Shown here: positions 38,162-46,334 of the stretch, piece after piece
Numbering within the stretch: the first letter of the stretch is position 1
Layout of the letters: each line of letters opens with the position of its first letter
Assembly (NCBI GenBank): GCA_903945435.1
Contig: CAJAVM010000008.1
Location: 3,812-67,811, forward strand
From: an uncultured bacterium
GTDB lineage: Bacteria > Patescibacteriota > Patescibacteriia > Patescibacteriales > UBA12465
Direction: 5' to 3'
Length of the DNA: 64,000 bases
Position numbers and translations under genes: made by a program
The notes under the pieces: generated by a model
The model's database searches: none
Told to the model about the DNA's origin: nothing
What the model saw: the letters and a program-made list of their open reading frames with translations, nothing else

Positions 38162-39481
38162 TTATCTCCCCCCACGACTTAAAATAGTCGCGATAGTTTT
38201 TAGAATAATAGTCGCGTCTAAAAATAGGGAACGGTTCTTAATATAAAATAAATCGTTTTGTAATTTCTTTAAAGTATCTTCTTGAGTTGGAGAATGATAT
38301 TCTCCGGAAACTTGGTCCCAACCGGAAATCCCTGGCTTTACAATTAACCTCGTATTATAAAAAGGAATCGCGTTCTCTAATTCTTTTGCAAATTCTGGTC
38401 TTTCCGGACGAGGTCCGATAAAACTCATCTCACCTTTAATAATATTTATCATTTGTGGAATTTCATCAATTCTGGTTTTTCTTAAAAAATTTCCGAACCT
38501 TGTAATGCGCTTATCGTTCTCTAAAGTAATCCCCCTATCATTTCCTTCCTCTTTCATTGTTCTGAATTTGATGATAGTGAATGTTTTCCCTTGATGGCCG
38601 AGACGAGCCTGTTTAATAAAGACTGGCCCTTTACTTTCTAATTTAATTATTATCGCAACCAAGGGCCAAAAAATTATTGAAATAGCTAAAGTAGCTAAAG
38701 CGCCAACAACATCACAAACCCTTTTAAAGAAATTAAAAGAATTTTTTTGATTCTCGCGTAAATTTTCTAAAAACCAAGTTGCGCTGATTGCTTCAACCGG
38801 AATCTTGCCTTTCAAGAGTTCATAGAAATCTGGATAACTGAAAACGCTAATTCTATTTTGTAATAAGCTCAAAAGATTATTAGCTGAGCCCGAAGAAGAG
38901 AAGTCGTCGCAAACAACAATCACTTTTATTTTTCCGTTTTCTACCTGAGTTTTTAAATCTGAAAATTCCGCCTCACTATTAATTATTAATTCAGTTTGAT
39001 AACCAGCTCCGGGATTTTTCTTTATTTCTTCAGCAATAGTTAAGCCTTTTTGGTTGGAACCAATAATCGCTAGTCCAGTTTTAGGAACGGCATGGCTAAT
39101 TGTTTGGTGAAGATAGCGCCAGGCATAAAAAATAACGACAAAAAAAGCGATAAAGAGCGCGAGATTGGTTCTCGGGGTTACACTTGAGGTTATATTAATA
39201 TAGAAGTAGATAATTGAGAGCAAACTTGCCATCACGGTCGTGCTCATTACTCCTCGAAAAAAACGACGGCCCTTAACGCGAAGATTTAAATCGTATAAGC
39301 CGCTAACATAGATAGTTATTAGCCAGATTACAAAAATAAAAGAAAAGGGGCCGATATGGCTTAAAAGTTGGCTATTGAACTCTATTTTTGGATATCTAAC
39401 CGAAAGGACCATCGATAAGGCTAAAAACAGAGATGTGAAATCTCCTATAAAAAGGATAACTTTTTTGAGGCGGCTATTCAT
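38162..39481 (-). CDS. Polyprenyl-phosphate glycosyl-1-phosphate transferase (WbaP/bacterial sugar transferase family), initiating enzyme
   Basis: 439 aa with N-terminal TM segments and a C-terminal sugar-transferase domain (K-R-V-C-D-V-V..F-R-T-M..D-E-I-P-Q..G-P-R-P-E-R-P-E-F). Confidence 0.85.
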   Translation of the reverse strand: MNSRLKKVILFIGDFTSLFLALSMVLSVRYPKIEFNSQLLSHIGPFSFIFVIWLITIYVSGLYDLNLRVKGRRFFRGVMSTTVMASLLSIIYFYINITSSVTPRTNLALFIAFFVVIFYAWRYLHQTISHAVPKTGLAIIGSNQKGLTIAEEIKKNPGAGYQTELIINSEAEFSDLKTQVENGKIKVIVVCDDFSSSGSANNLLSLLQNRISVFSYPDFYELLKGKIPVEAISATWFLENLRENQKNSFNFFKRVCDVVGALATLAISIIFWPLVAIIIKLESKGPVFIKQARLGHQGKTFTIIKFRTMKEEGNDRGITLENDKRITRFGNFLRKTRIDEIPQMINIIKGEMSFIGPRPERPEFAKELENAIPFYNTRLIVKPGISGWDQVSGEYHSPTQEDTLKKLQNDLFYIKNRSLFLDATIILKTIATILSRGGR

Positions 39482-39546
39482 ATAGGGCTAATATATCAGT
39501 TTCAACTTGAAAAATCAATTGTTTTTGTGCTATCCTAATTTAGACA

Positions 39547-39555
39547 TGGTATACT
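39547..39555 (+). promoter_or_regulatory. Extended -10 element (TGgTATACT) upstream of tyrS
   Basis: tggtatact sits 20 nt upstream of the tyrS ATG. Confidence 0.4.
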
Positions 39556-39574
39556 ATTAATAAATAGAAATTAT

Positions 39575-40759
39575 ATGGAAATTGATCAAAAAACTAGGTT
39601 AAAGATAAAAGAATTACTAACTCGGGGTGTTGACGAGGTAATTGACTATAAAGAACTTGAAACTAAGCTTTTAAGCGGTAAAAAACTAAGAATTAAGCTC
39701 GGAATTGACCCAACTAGCCCTAATATTCATCTTGGCCGCTCAATTCCACTCCTAAAATTACGTGATTTTGAGGCTCTAGGTCATCAAATCGTCTTTATTA
39801 TTGGCGATTTTACTGGAACTATTGGTGATACTTCTGATAAAAATGCGGAAAGACCGATGTTAGACGAATCGGTTGTTAAAGAAAATATTAAACGTTATAT
39901 AGAACAGGCGGGAAAAGTGATTAATATTGAGAAATGTGAGGTTTATTATAATAGCGAATGGCTCGCTAAGTTAGAATACCGTGAAATTTGTCGTCAGGCT
40001 GACGTCTTTTCTATTAATGAGTTTATTTCCCGCGATAATATTCGTCGTCGTCTTGATGGCGGTTTGCGCGTATCTCTTCGAGAAGTTTTATATCCAATGA
40101 TGCAGGGTTACGATTCGGTAATGATAAAAGCGGATGTTGAAATTGGCGGGACTGACCAGCGTTTTAATTTACTTGCTGGTCGAGAATTACAAAGAGCTTA
40201 TAAACAAGAACCACAAAATATAATTACCAATCCTTTAATTGAAGGTCTTGATGGAAGGAAGATGAGCTCTAGCTGGGGGAATACGGTTAATTTATTAGAT
40301 ACACCTTCAGAAATGTTTGGAAAAATTATGTCGCTTCAAGATGAATCGATTATTAAATATTTTACCTTGTTAACGAGAATGGCTGAAGATAAGATTAAGG
40401 AATATGAGCTCGCTCTCAAAAATGGCGCAAATCCTCGTGATTATAAAATTCTACTTGCTAAAGAAATTGTTACCTTTTATCACAGCGAAAAAGATGCACT
40501 TGAACAAGAAGAGAATTTTATTAAAGTTTTTTCTAAAAAGGAGATGCCTGATGAAATTGAAGAGCTAAAACCGGAGTCCTATAATATTGTGGCAATTTTA
40601 ATAGAAGCCGGACTGGCAACATCAAAAACCGATGCGAAGCGAGTAATTGAACAGGGCGGAGTTAAGGTTGATAAAGAAGTTATTAAGGATGCTGACGTAA
40701 TAATAAAAGCAGGTTCAATTATTCAAAAAGGAAAAATAAAATTTTTGAAGATAGTTTAG
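39575..40759 (+). CDS. tyrS: Tyrosyl-tRNA synthetase
   Basis: 394 aa. G-I-D-P-T-S-P-N-I-H-L-G-R (HIGH-like), K-M-S-S-S (KMSKS-like) and a C-terminal S4-like domain. Confidence 0.9.
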   Translation: MEIDQKTRLKIKELLTRGVDEVIDYKELETKLLSGKKLRIKLGIDPTSPNIHLGRSIPLLKLRDFEALGHQIVFIIGDFTGTIGDTSDKNAERPMLDESVVKENIKRYIEQAGKVINIEKCEVYYNSEWLAKLEYREICRQADVFSINEFISRDNIRRRLDGGLRVSLREVLYPMMQGYDSVMIKADVEIGGTDQRFNLLAGRELQRAYKQEPQNIITNPLIEGLDGRKMSSSWGNTVNLLDTPSEMFGKIMSLQDESIIKYFTLLTRMAEDKIKEYELALKNGANPRDYKILLAKEIVTFYHSEKDALEQEENFIKVFSKKEMPDEIEELKPESYNIVAILIEAGLATSKTDAKRVIEQGGVKVDKEVIKDADVIIKAGSIIQKGKIKFLKIV

Positions 40760-40768
40760 CCTTTATTT

Positions 40769-41776
40769 ATGGATAATCCTGAATTTAATTGGCCAAAGAT
40801 AGGAAATGAAAAAGCGGTAGAATTTTTAAGCTTGGCAATTTCTGGCGGGCGCGTTGCGCAAACCTATATTTTTATTGGCTCAGATGATTTAGGAAAATCA
40901 ACCGTTGCTCTCGCTTTCGCCCGTAATTTAATGGGCGAAGCTTTAGAATCTCATCCTGGTTTTAATAGTGACTTACATATTTTAAAGCCAGAAGAAGGGA
41001 AAAAATCGATTTCAATTGAACAAATTCGTAATTTTATTAAAGATTTAAGTTTAAGTTCTTTTCTTGATTCCTATAAGATTGGTATTATTAAAGAAGCTGA
41101 TAGTTTAACGACCGAAGCACAAAACGCAATTCTTAAAACCTTAGAAGAACCGAGAGATAAGGTGATTGTAATTTTACTTACTCAAGCCGAAGAAAAACTT
41201 TTACCAACAATTTTATCTCGTGGTCAAAAATTATATTTTAATCCTGTTAAAGCGGAAATAATTTACGATTATTTATTGGCGGAACATAAGACAAGCCGTT
41301 CTTTGGCAAAAGACTTAGCAAATATTGCTTTAGGACGACCGTTAAAGGCAGTAAGATTTTTAGAAAATCCTGAGATGTATGCGGCTTACTTAGAAAAAGC
41401 CGGTTTATTTCTTAAATTTTTTAGTTTAGATATTAATGGCCGTTTGAGTAGTTTAGATAGTTTGTTTACTGATAAGACTTATAGCGTCGCCGCGGTTGCG
41501 GGCGCTGAAGAAATTCTCATGATGGCTGAAGGATTAATGCGTGATTTATTTTTACTCCATTTCAATCAGCCAGAAAAAATCCAACACTCGGCTTTAGCAG
41601 CTGAACTTGATATCGCCCTTAAAGAAATTGAAATTATGAGTAGTTCTGGTCCTGGTAATGATAATTTTTCCGCCTTTCTCCTAAACCGCTTTAAATTATC
41701 GGCTTTAGCTCATGAATATTTAAGCGCTAATGTTAACCCGCGCTTGGTCTTAGAACAATTCGCAATTAATTTATAA
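40769..41776 (+). CDS. holB: DNA polymerase III delta-prime subunit
   Basis: 335 aa with an AAA+-like clamp-loader pattern (Y-I-F-I-G-S-D-D-L-G-K-S-T, L-K-T-L-E-E-P, I-L-S-R). Confidence 0.8.
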   Translation: MDNPEFNWPKIGNEKAVEFLSLAISGGRVAQTYIFIGSDDLGKSTVALAFARNLMGEALESHPGFNSDLHILKPEEGKKSISIEQIRNFIKDLSLSSFLDSYKIGIIKEADSLTTEAQNAILKTLEEPRDKVIVILLTQAEEKLLPTILSRGQKLYFNPVKAEIIYDYLLAEHKTSRSLAKDLANIALGRPLKAVRFLENPEMYAAYLEKAGLFLKFFSLDINGRLSSLDSLFTDKTYSVAAVAGAEEILMMAEGLMRDLFLLHFNQPEKIQHSALAAELDIALKEIEIMSSSGPGNDNFSAFLLNRFKLSALAHEYLSANVNPRLVLEQFAINL

Positions 41777-41783
41777 TAAAAAT

Positions 41784-42896
41784 ATGAAGTCTAAAAAAAT
41801 CGCTTTAATTTTCAGCCTTGCTATCTTACCTCTAACTTTATCTGCTTGTTCGATTTCTACTAATTCTCAAAAAACTACAACTGGCTCTGATACTAGTGTT
41901 TTCTTGTCGATTAATAGTGGTGATTCTTGGCGGGAAGTAGTTAATATGGCTAGTCCTGGTCAAGCTCAAAATATCCGTGGCTTAAATGTTAATGTGATGA
42001 CTTTTGACCCTCAAGATAGCTTAGCAGTTTATTTAGCGAGCTTTGACCGTGGTTTGTATTATACTTATAATGTAGTAAATGACGGCTGGATAAAAGTTAA
42101 GGGCTTACCAGAAGCAACAGTTAACGACGTAAAAGTTGACCCAAAAAATAAATGCATAATTTATGCGGCGGTTGCTAATAGATTATATCGTTCTAATGAC
42201 TGTTCTCGTACTTGGGGCCAGGTTTATTTCGATAATAATACCGGGATTAACATTAGCTCAGTTGTGGTTGACCATTATAATTCCAATAATATTTATATTG
42301 GAACTTCAAGAGGTGAGATTATTAAAAGTATTGATGGTGGAAATTCTTGGCGAACAATTAAACGTTTAGAGGAGGGAGTTTCTAAATTAATTATTTCTCC
42401 TCTTGAAAGTCGTTTAGTCTTTGTAGCGACTGTAAAAAATAATATTTATAGCTTTACTTCCGATAGCGCGACTAACCCCGCTAATCCAGCGGATATCGAA
42501 AGAAATTTCGCGATTGATAATTGGAATGATTTAAATACTGTTTTAAAAGATTTTAATTTAGGAACTAGTTTTAAGGATTTCGTTGTTTGTTCCGCTGATG
42601 GAAAAATGTTTATTGCAACGAATCAAACAATTTTACGTTCACCAGATAATGGAATAACTTGGGAACAAATAAAATTAATCCAACCTGATAAAGAAACCTC
42701 GGTGAACGCGCTCGCAGTTAATCCAAAAAATTCTAACGAATTATATTATGTAACTAATACAACTTTCTTTAGTTCAGTTGATGGCGGCACAACTTGGACA
42801 ACTAAAAAATTACCGACTACGCGTTCTGGCCGCGAACTGATAATTGACTTTAATGATCCAAAAAATATTTATTTAGGAACCATCAAATTAAAATAA
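41784..42896 (+). CDS. Lipoprotein with BNR/Asp-box beta-propeller repeats (Ycf48/sortilin-like)
   Basis: Signal peptide with lipobox L-T-L-S-A-C. Repeated S-x-D-x-G-x-[ST]-W motifs (S-G-D-S-W, D-G-G-N-S-W, D-N-G-I-T-W, D-G-G-T-T-W). Confidence 0.7.
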   Translation: MKSKKIALIFSLAILPLTLSACSISTNSQKTTTGSDTSVFLSINSGDSWREVVNMASPGQAQNIRGLNVNVMTFDPQDSLAVYLASFDRGLYYTYNVVNDGWIKVKGLPEATVNDVKVDPKNKCIIYAAVANRLYRSNDCSRTWGQVYFDNNTGINISSVVVDHYNSNNIYIGTSRGEIIKSIDGGNSWRTIKRLEEGVSKLIISPLESRLVFVATVKNNIYSFTSDSATNPANPADIERNFAIDNWNDLNTVLKDFNLGTSFKDFVVCSADGKMFIATNQTILRSPDNGITWEQIKLIQPDKETSVNALAVNPKNSNELYYVTNTTFFSSVDGGTTWTTKKLPTTRSGRELIIDFNDPKNIYLGTIKLK

Positions 42897-42917
42897 TAAA
42901 AAAATAATAAAAAATAT

Positions 42918-43472
42918 ATGAACCAATACGTAGAAAGCAAACAAAATGATTTTATGCACGCTCTTGATTTCTTTAAGAAAGAAATCGCTTCTTTGAGAAC
43001 TGGTCAAGCAAATCCAGCAATTTTAGATACCGTTCAGGTTGAAGCTTATGGGGTAATGAACCCGCTTAACACGGTCGCTAATATTGCGGTTTCTGATTCT
43101 AGAAATATCTTGTTAGTTGCTTGGGACAAGGGGGTTATGAAGAGTATTGAAAAGGCAATCGTTGAAGCAGATTTAGGACTTGGAGTTGTAAATGAGGGTG
43201 ATAAGATTCGTTTAACCGTTCCTGCTTTAACTGAAGAAAATCGTAAAGAGTTGGTTAAGAAGTTAAATGAGAAGATGGAAAAAACTAGAATCATTTTACG
43301 TCAGGCGCGTGAAGGAACTAAGAATGTTATTGAAACCGCCTTTGAAGAAAAGGAAATTAGTGAAGATGATAAATTTAGATTTATTAAAGAGCTTGATGAG
43401 TTTTCCGCTCGTAAAAATGAAGAGTTAAAAGATATCCGCGATAGAAAAGAAAAAAATATCATGGAGATATAG
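42918..43472 (+). CDS. frr: Ribosome recycling factor
   Basis: 184 aa with typical RRF sequence (L-R-T-G-Q-A-N-P-A-I-L-D-T-V-Q-V-E-A-Y-G). Confidence 0.93.
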   Translation: MNQYVESKQNDFMHALDFFKKEIASLRTGQANPAILDTVQVEAYGVMNPLNTVANIAVSDSRNILLVAWDKGVMKSIEKAIVEADLGLGVVNEGDKIRLTVPALTEENRKELVKKLNEKMEKTRIILRQAREGTKNVIETAFEEKEISEDDKFRFIKELDEFSARKNEELKDIRDRKEKNIMEI

Positions 43473-43529
43473 TTCTAGAAAAGTTTATTAGTCGGAGTTT
43501 TATTTTTAGTCGATTTTAATTTAAATTTC

Positions 43530-44699
43530 ATGTTTGTAACAATTATTATATTTGTTTTAGTTTTATCAGTTCTTGTTTTCGGACATGAACTCGGTCATTT
43601 TATTACTGCCAGAAAGTTAGGGGTAAGAGCGGATGAATTTGGTTTTGGGTTTCCTCCACGCGCGATTGGTTTTTATCAAAATAAACACGGGAAATGGCGC
43701 AAGGTTATCGGTACTCAAACTTATGAGAGTCTAGAAGAAAGTAAGGACGAAAAAAATATTCCTAAAGTTGGTTCAACAATTTATTCTTTAAATTGGTTGC
43801 CGATTGGTGGTTTTGTAAAAATTAAAGGTGAGAATGGTGACGGAGAAAATGATAAGGATAGTTTTGCGGCAAAATCAATTTGGAAGAGAATGTTGATTCT
43901 ATCGGCCGGTGTAATTATGAATGTTGTTTTAGCTTGGTTTTTATTTTCGGTTGGTTATATGTTGGGGATGCCGCAATCAACTACTGAATTAGGAAAGAAT
44001 GCACATGTTAGTGAATCAAGAGTCGCAATTGTTGAGATTATGCCAGGTTCACCAGCGGAAAAAGCGGGTTTAAAATCTGGTGATTCAATTTTAAAAATTG
44101 ATAATCAAACCGTCTCTTTAGAACAGGACGTTCAAGGTATTGTTGGTACTAAAGCCGGCCAAGAAGTTGAGGTTATGGTTAGAGGAGAAAGTGGCGAAAG
44201 AATAGTAAAAGTTATTCCTGTTTCTAATCCTGAGTTAGCAGCTGACCGCGCAACTATTGGAGTTAGTATTATGGCCGCCGGAACAGTTAGTTACCCATTT
44301 TTTAATGCTTTAATTGAAGGCGCAAAAACAACGGGCTGGATGTTAAAAGAAATTGTGTTTGCGTTTGGTGGTTTAATCGGAAGTCTTTTTCAGGGTGAAT
44401 CAGTCGGTGAAAATTTTGCTGGTCCAGTTGGAATTGCGAATATCACCGGTCAAGCGGCTCGCTTAGGCCTCGCCTATCTATTACAGTTTACCGCTTTATT
44501 ATCTTTGAATTTAGCAGTCATTAATATTCTGCCTTTTCCAGCACTTGATGGCGGGCGAATTTTATTTCTCTTGATTGAAAAAATAAAAGGGAAGCCAATA
44601 AGACGCGATGTCGAGGCAATTATTCATAATATTGGATTTATGTTGCTGATGGCCTTAATCGTCTTTATTACTTATAAAGATATAATTAAATTATTTTAA
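43530..44699 (+). CDS. rseP: RIP site-2 metalloprotease (RseP/M50 family) with PDZ domain
   Basis: 389 aa. H-E-L-G-H in TM1, a central PDZ (P-G-S-P-A-E-K-A-G-L-K-S-G-D) and N-I-L-P-F-P-A-L-D-G-G-R. Confidence 0.88.
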   Translation: MFVTIIIFVLVLSVLVFGHELGHFITARKLGVRADEFGFGFPPRAIGFYQNKHGKWRKVIGTQTYESLEESKDEKNIPKVGSTIYSLNWLPIGGFVKIKGENGDGENDKDSFAAKSIWKRMLILSAGVIMNVVLAWFLFSVGYMLGMPQSTTELGKNAHVSESRVAIVEIMPGSPAEKAGLKSGDSILKIDNQTVSLEQDVQGIVGTKAGQEVEVMVRGESGERIVKVIPVSNPELAADRATIGVSIMAAGTVSYPFFNALIEGAKTTGWMLKEIVFAFGGLIGSLFQGESVGENFAGPVGIANITGQAARLGLAYLLQFTALLSLNLAVINILPFPALDGGRILFLLIEKIKGKPIRRDVEAIIHNIGFMLLMALIVFITYKDIIKLF

Positions 44700-44704
44700 A
44701 ATAT

Positions 44705-45031
44705 ATGAATATCAACATTAAAGCGTCTCATTTAGAAATGACTGCCGCGATTAAAAGCTATATTGAAGTTAAGATGAGTTCGATTGAAAAATATTTAGGT
44801 AAAAGCGTTCAGGTAATTAATTTTGATTTTGAAATTGATAAGTCTGTTGGTGGCCAACATAAGGGTGATATTTTTCGAGCCGAAGCAAACCTACAAGTTC
44901 CTAATGAAATTTTGCGTGTTGAAAAAACTGAGCCTGATTTATACAAGGCGATTGATAAGGTAAAAGACCATCTCGAGCTGGTAATTAAAAAATATAAAGA
45001 GAAGCTGATTGATAAAAAGCGTGGTAAATAA
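44705..45031 (+). CDS. hpf: Ribosome hibernation promoting factor (short HPF/RaiA type)
   Basis: 108 aa, sigma-54-modulation/S30EA-family pattern (M-N-I-N-I-K-A-S-H-L-E-M-T-A-A-I-K-S-Y-I). Confidence 0.85.
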   Translation: MNINIKASHLEMTAAIKSYIEVKMSSIEKYLGKSVQVINFDFEIDKSVGGQHKGDIFRAEANLQVPNEILRVEKTEPDLYKAIDKVKDHLELVIKKYKEKLIDKKRGK

Positions 45032-45049
45032 TTTATTGATTATTATTGT

Positions 45050-45541
45050 ATGGATAAGGATATAGATTATAAAAAAATATTTTTGAATATGATTAACGGG
45101 TTTGCCCTTCATCAAATTATTTGTGATGAAAGCGGAAAGCCGGTTGATTATAAGTTTGTTGAAGTTAATGCTATCTTTGAAAAAATGACAGGCTTAAAGA
45201 GGGATAATATTATTGGAAGACTTGTTACTGAAGTCCTACCCGGTACTGAGAATGACCCAGTTCATTGGATAGAAAAATATGGTGAAGTTGCCTTATTGGG
45301 AAAATCTTTAGAATTTGAAAATTATTCCGAAGCTCTAAATAAATGGTTTCATATTGCCGCTTACTGCCCGGAAACTGGCTTCTTTATTACTATCTTTGAT
45401 GATATTACTACTCGCAAACACGCGGAAGAGGAATTAAAAGAAAAAAACGCCGAACAGGAAAAACTTTTAAGTAGCATGGTCGGTCGTGAATTAAAAATGG
45501 TTGAAATGAAAGAAGAGCTAAAAAAGATGAAAGAGGAGTAA
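45050..45541 (+). CDS. Stand-alone PAS-domain protein with C-terminal coiled coil
   Basis: 163 aa with a PAS-fold pattern (..F-V-E-V-N-A-I-F-E-K-M-T-G-L-K-R-D-N-I-I-G-R..) and I-T-T-R-K-H-A-E-E-E-L-K. No output domain. Confidence 0.65.
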   Translation: MDKDIDYKKIFLNMINGFALHQIICDESGKPVDYKFVEVNAIFEKMTGLKRDNIIGRLVTEVLPGTENDPVHWIEKYGEVALLGKSLEFENYSEALNKWFHIAAYCPETGFFITIFDDITTRKHAEEELKEKNAEQEKLLSSMVGRELKMVEMKEELKKMKEE

Positions 45542-45566
45542 TGTTTTAGTTTTCAGCTAAAAATAT

Positions 45567-45597
45567 AAAAACCCCATCTGAGTAGATGGGTTTTTTA
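45567..45597 (+). terminator. Rho-independent terminator after the PAS gene
   Basis: cccatct (45573-45579), loop gagt, agatggg (45584-45590), T-run 45591-45596. Confidence 0.75.
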
Positions 45598-45681
45598 TTT
45601 AAAGCGAAATTAGAAGAAAATTTAATTTTTTACGTATTAATTATTAGGAACAGTTTGTTCAAATTTAAAATAAATAAAATT

Positions 45682-46326
45682 ATGAAAAAACACCTTACTT
45701 TTTCGGCTTTTTTGCTATTATCCCTGTTTTTATTAACTGGTTGCGGTAATAGCCAATCGAACACAAATCAATCGACTAGCAGCTCTTCAGACGTGAATAA
45801 GGCTGAGGCTAATGTCCCCGGAAGAAACAATAGACCAGATTATGGCCAGCCAGATAGAGAGGCTGATGTTCGAGGAATTGTAAAAACTATTGTTGGTAAT
45901 GAAGTTGATGTTTTAAAAATAGATAGACCAATGGGTGGACGTGCTAGTTCTACTAATCCTAACGTTGGAGATAATACAAACGATAGACCGGCTATTTCTT
46001 TAGCTGGAGGTACTCCGGGCGCAGGAGGACCTGGTGGCGGCGGTTTCCGTGGTCCTGGTGGTGCGGGCATGGCTGGTGGCCCTGGTGGTGCTCCGGATGA
46101 AAATAGTCGGACCGCTATGCTAGCTACTTTAAAAGAAATGAGTACCGGCGAAGAAAAAGTTATTATTCCGGTTGGAATTAAAATGCTTAAATCAAGCACA
46201 GATGGAAAGAGTAGGGAAATGATTGAGGCTAATTTGAGTGATGTAATAAATGATAAGATGATAACAATTTGGTTAAATCAGAGTGTAACGGATAAAAAAG
46301 TTGCCGAATTTGTTTTGATTAATTAA
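45682..46326 (+). CDS. Lipoprotein with Gly/Pro-rich low-complexity segment
   Basis: The tracked ORF starts at 45586 inside the terminator. The plausible start is ATG 45682 (M-K-K-H-L-T..L-L-T-G-C lipobox). Central G-G-T-P-G-A-G-G-P-G-G-G-G-F-R-G-P-G-G-A-G-M-A-G-G-P-G-G-A-P. Confidence 0.65.
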   Translation: MKKHLTFSAFLLLSLFLLTGCGNSQSNTNQSTSSSSDVNKAEANVPGRNNRPDYGQPDREADVRGIVKTIVGNEVDVLKIDRPMGGRASSTNPNVGDNTNDRPAISLAGGTPGAGGPGGGGFRGPGGAGMAGGPGGAPDENSRTAMLATLKEMSTGEEKVIIPVGIKMLKSSTDGKSREMIEANLSDVINDKMITIWLNQSVTDKKVAEFVLIN

Positions 46327-46334
46327 TTAAATTT

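Noticed and set aside
45586-45681. N-terminal 32-aa extension of the lipoprotein ORF (M-G-F-L-F-K-A-K...)
   Set aside because: The ATG at 45586 lies inside the terminator stem of the preceding gene (45573-45590). The internal ATG at 45682 yields a canonical signal peptide with a lipobox.
45840-46199. 119-aa antisense ORF rich in Pro (..P-P-G-P-P-A-M-P-A-P-P-G-P..)
   Set aside because: It is the mirror image of the Gly-codon-rich (GGN) tract of the sense lipoprotein gene. It has no independent start context and is a compositional artefact.
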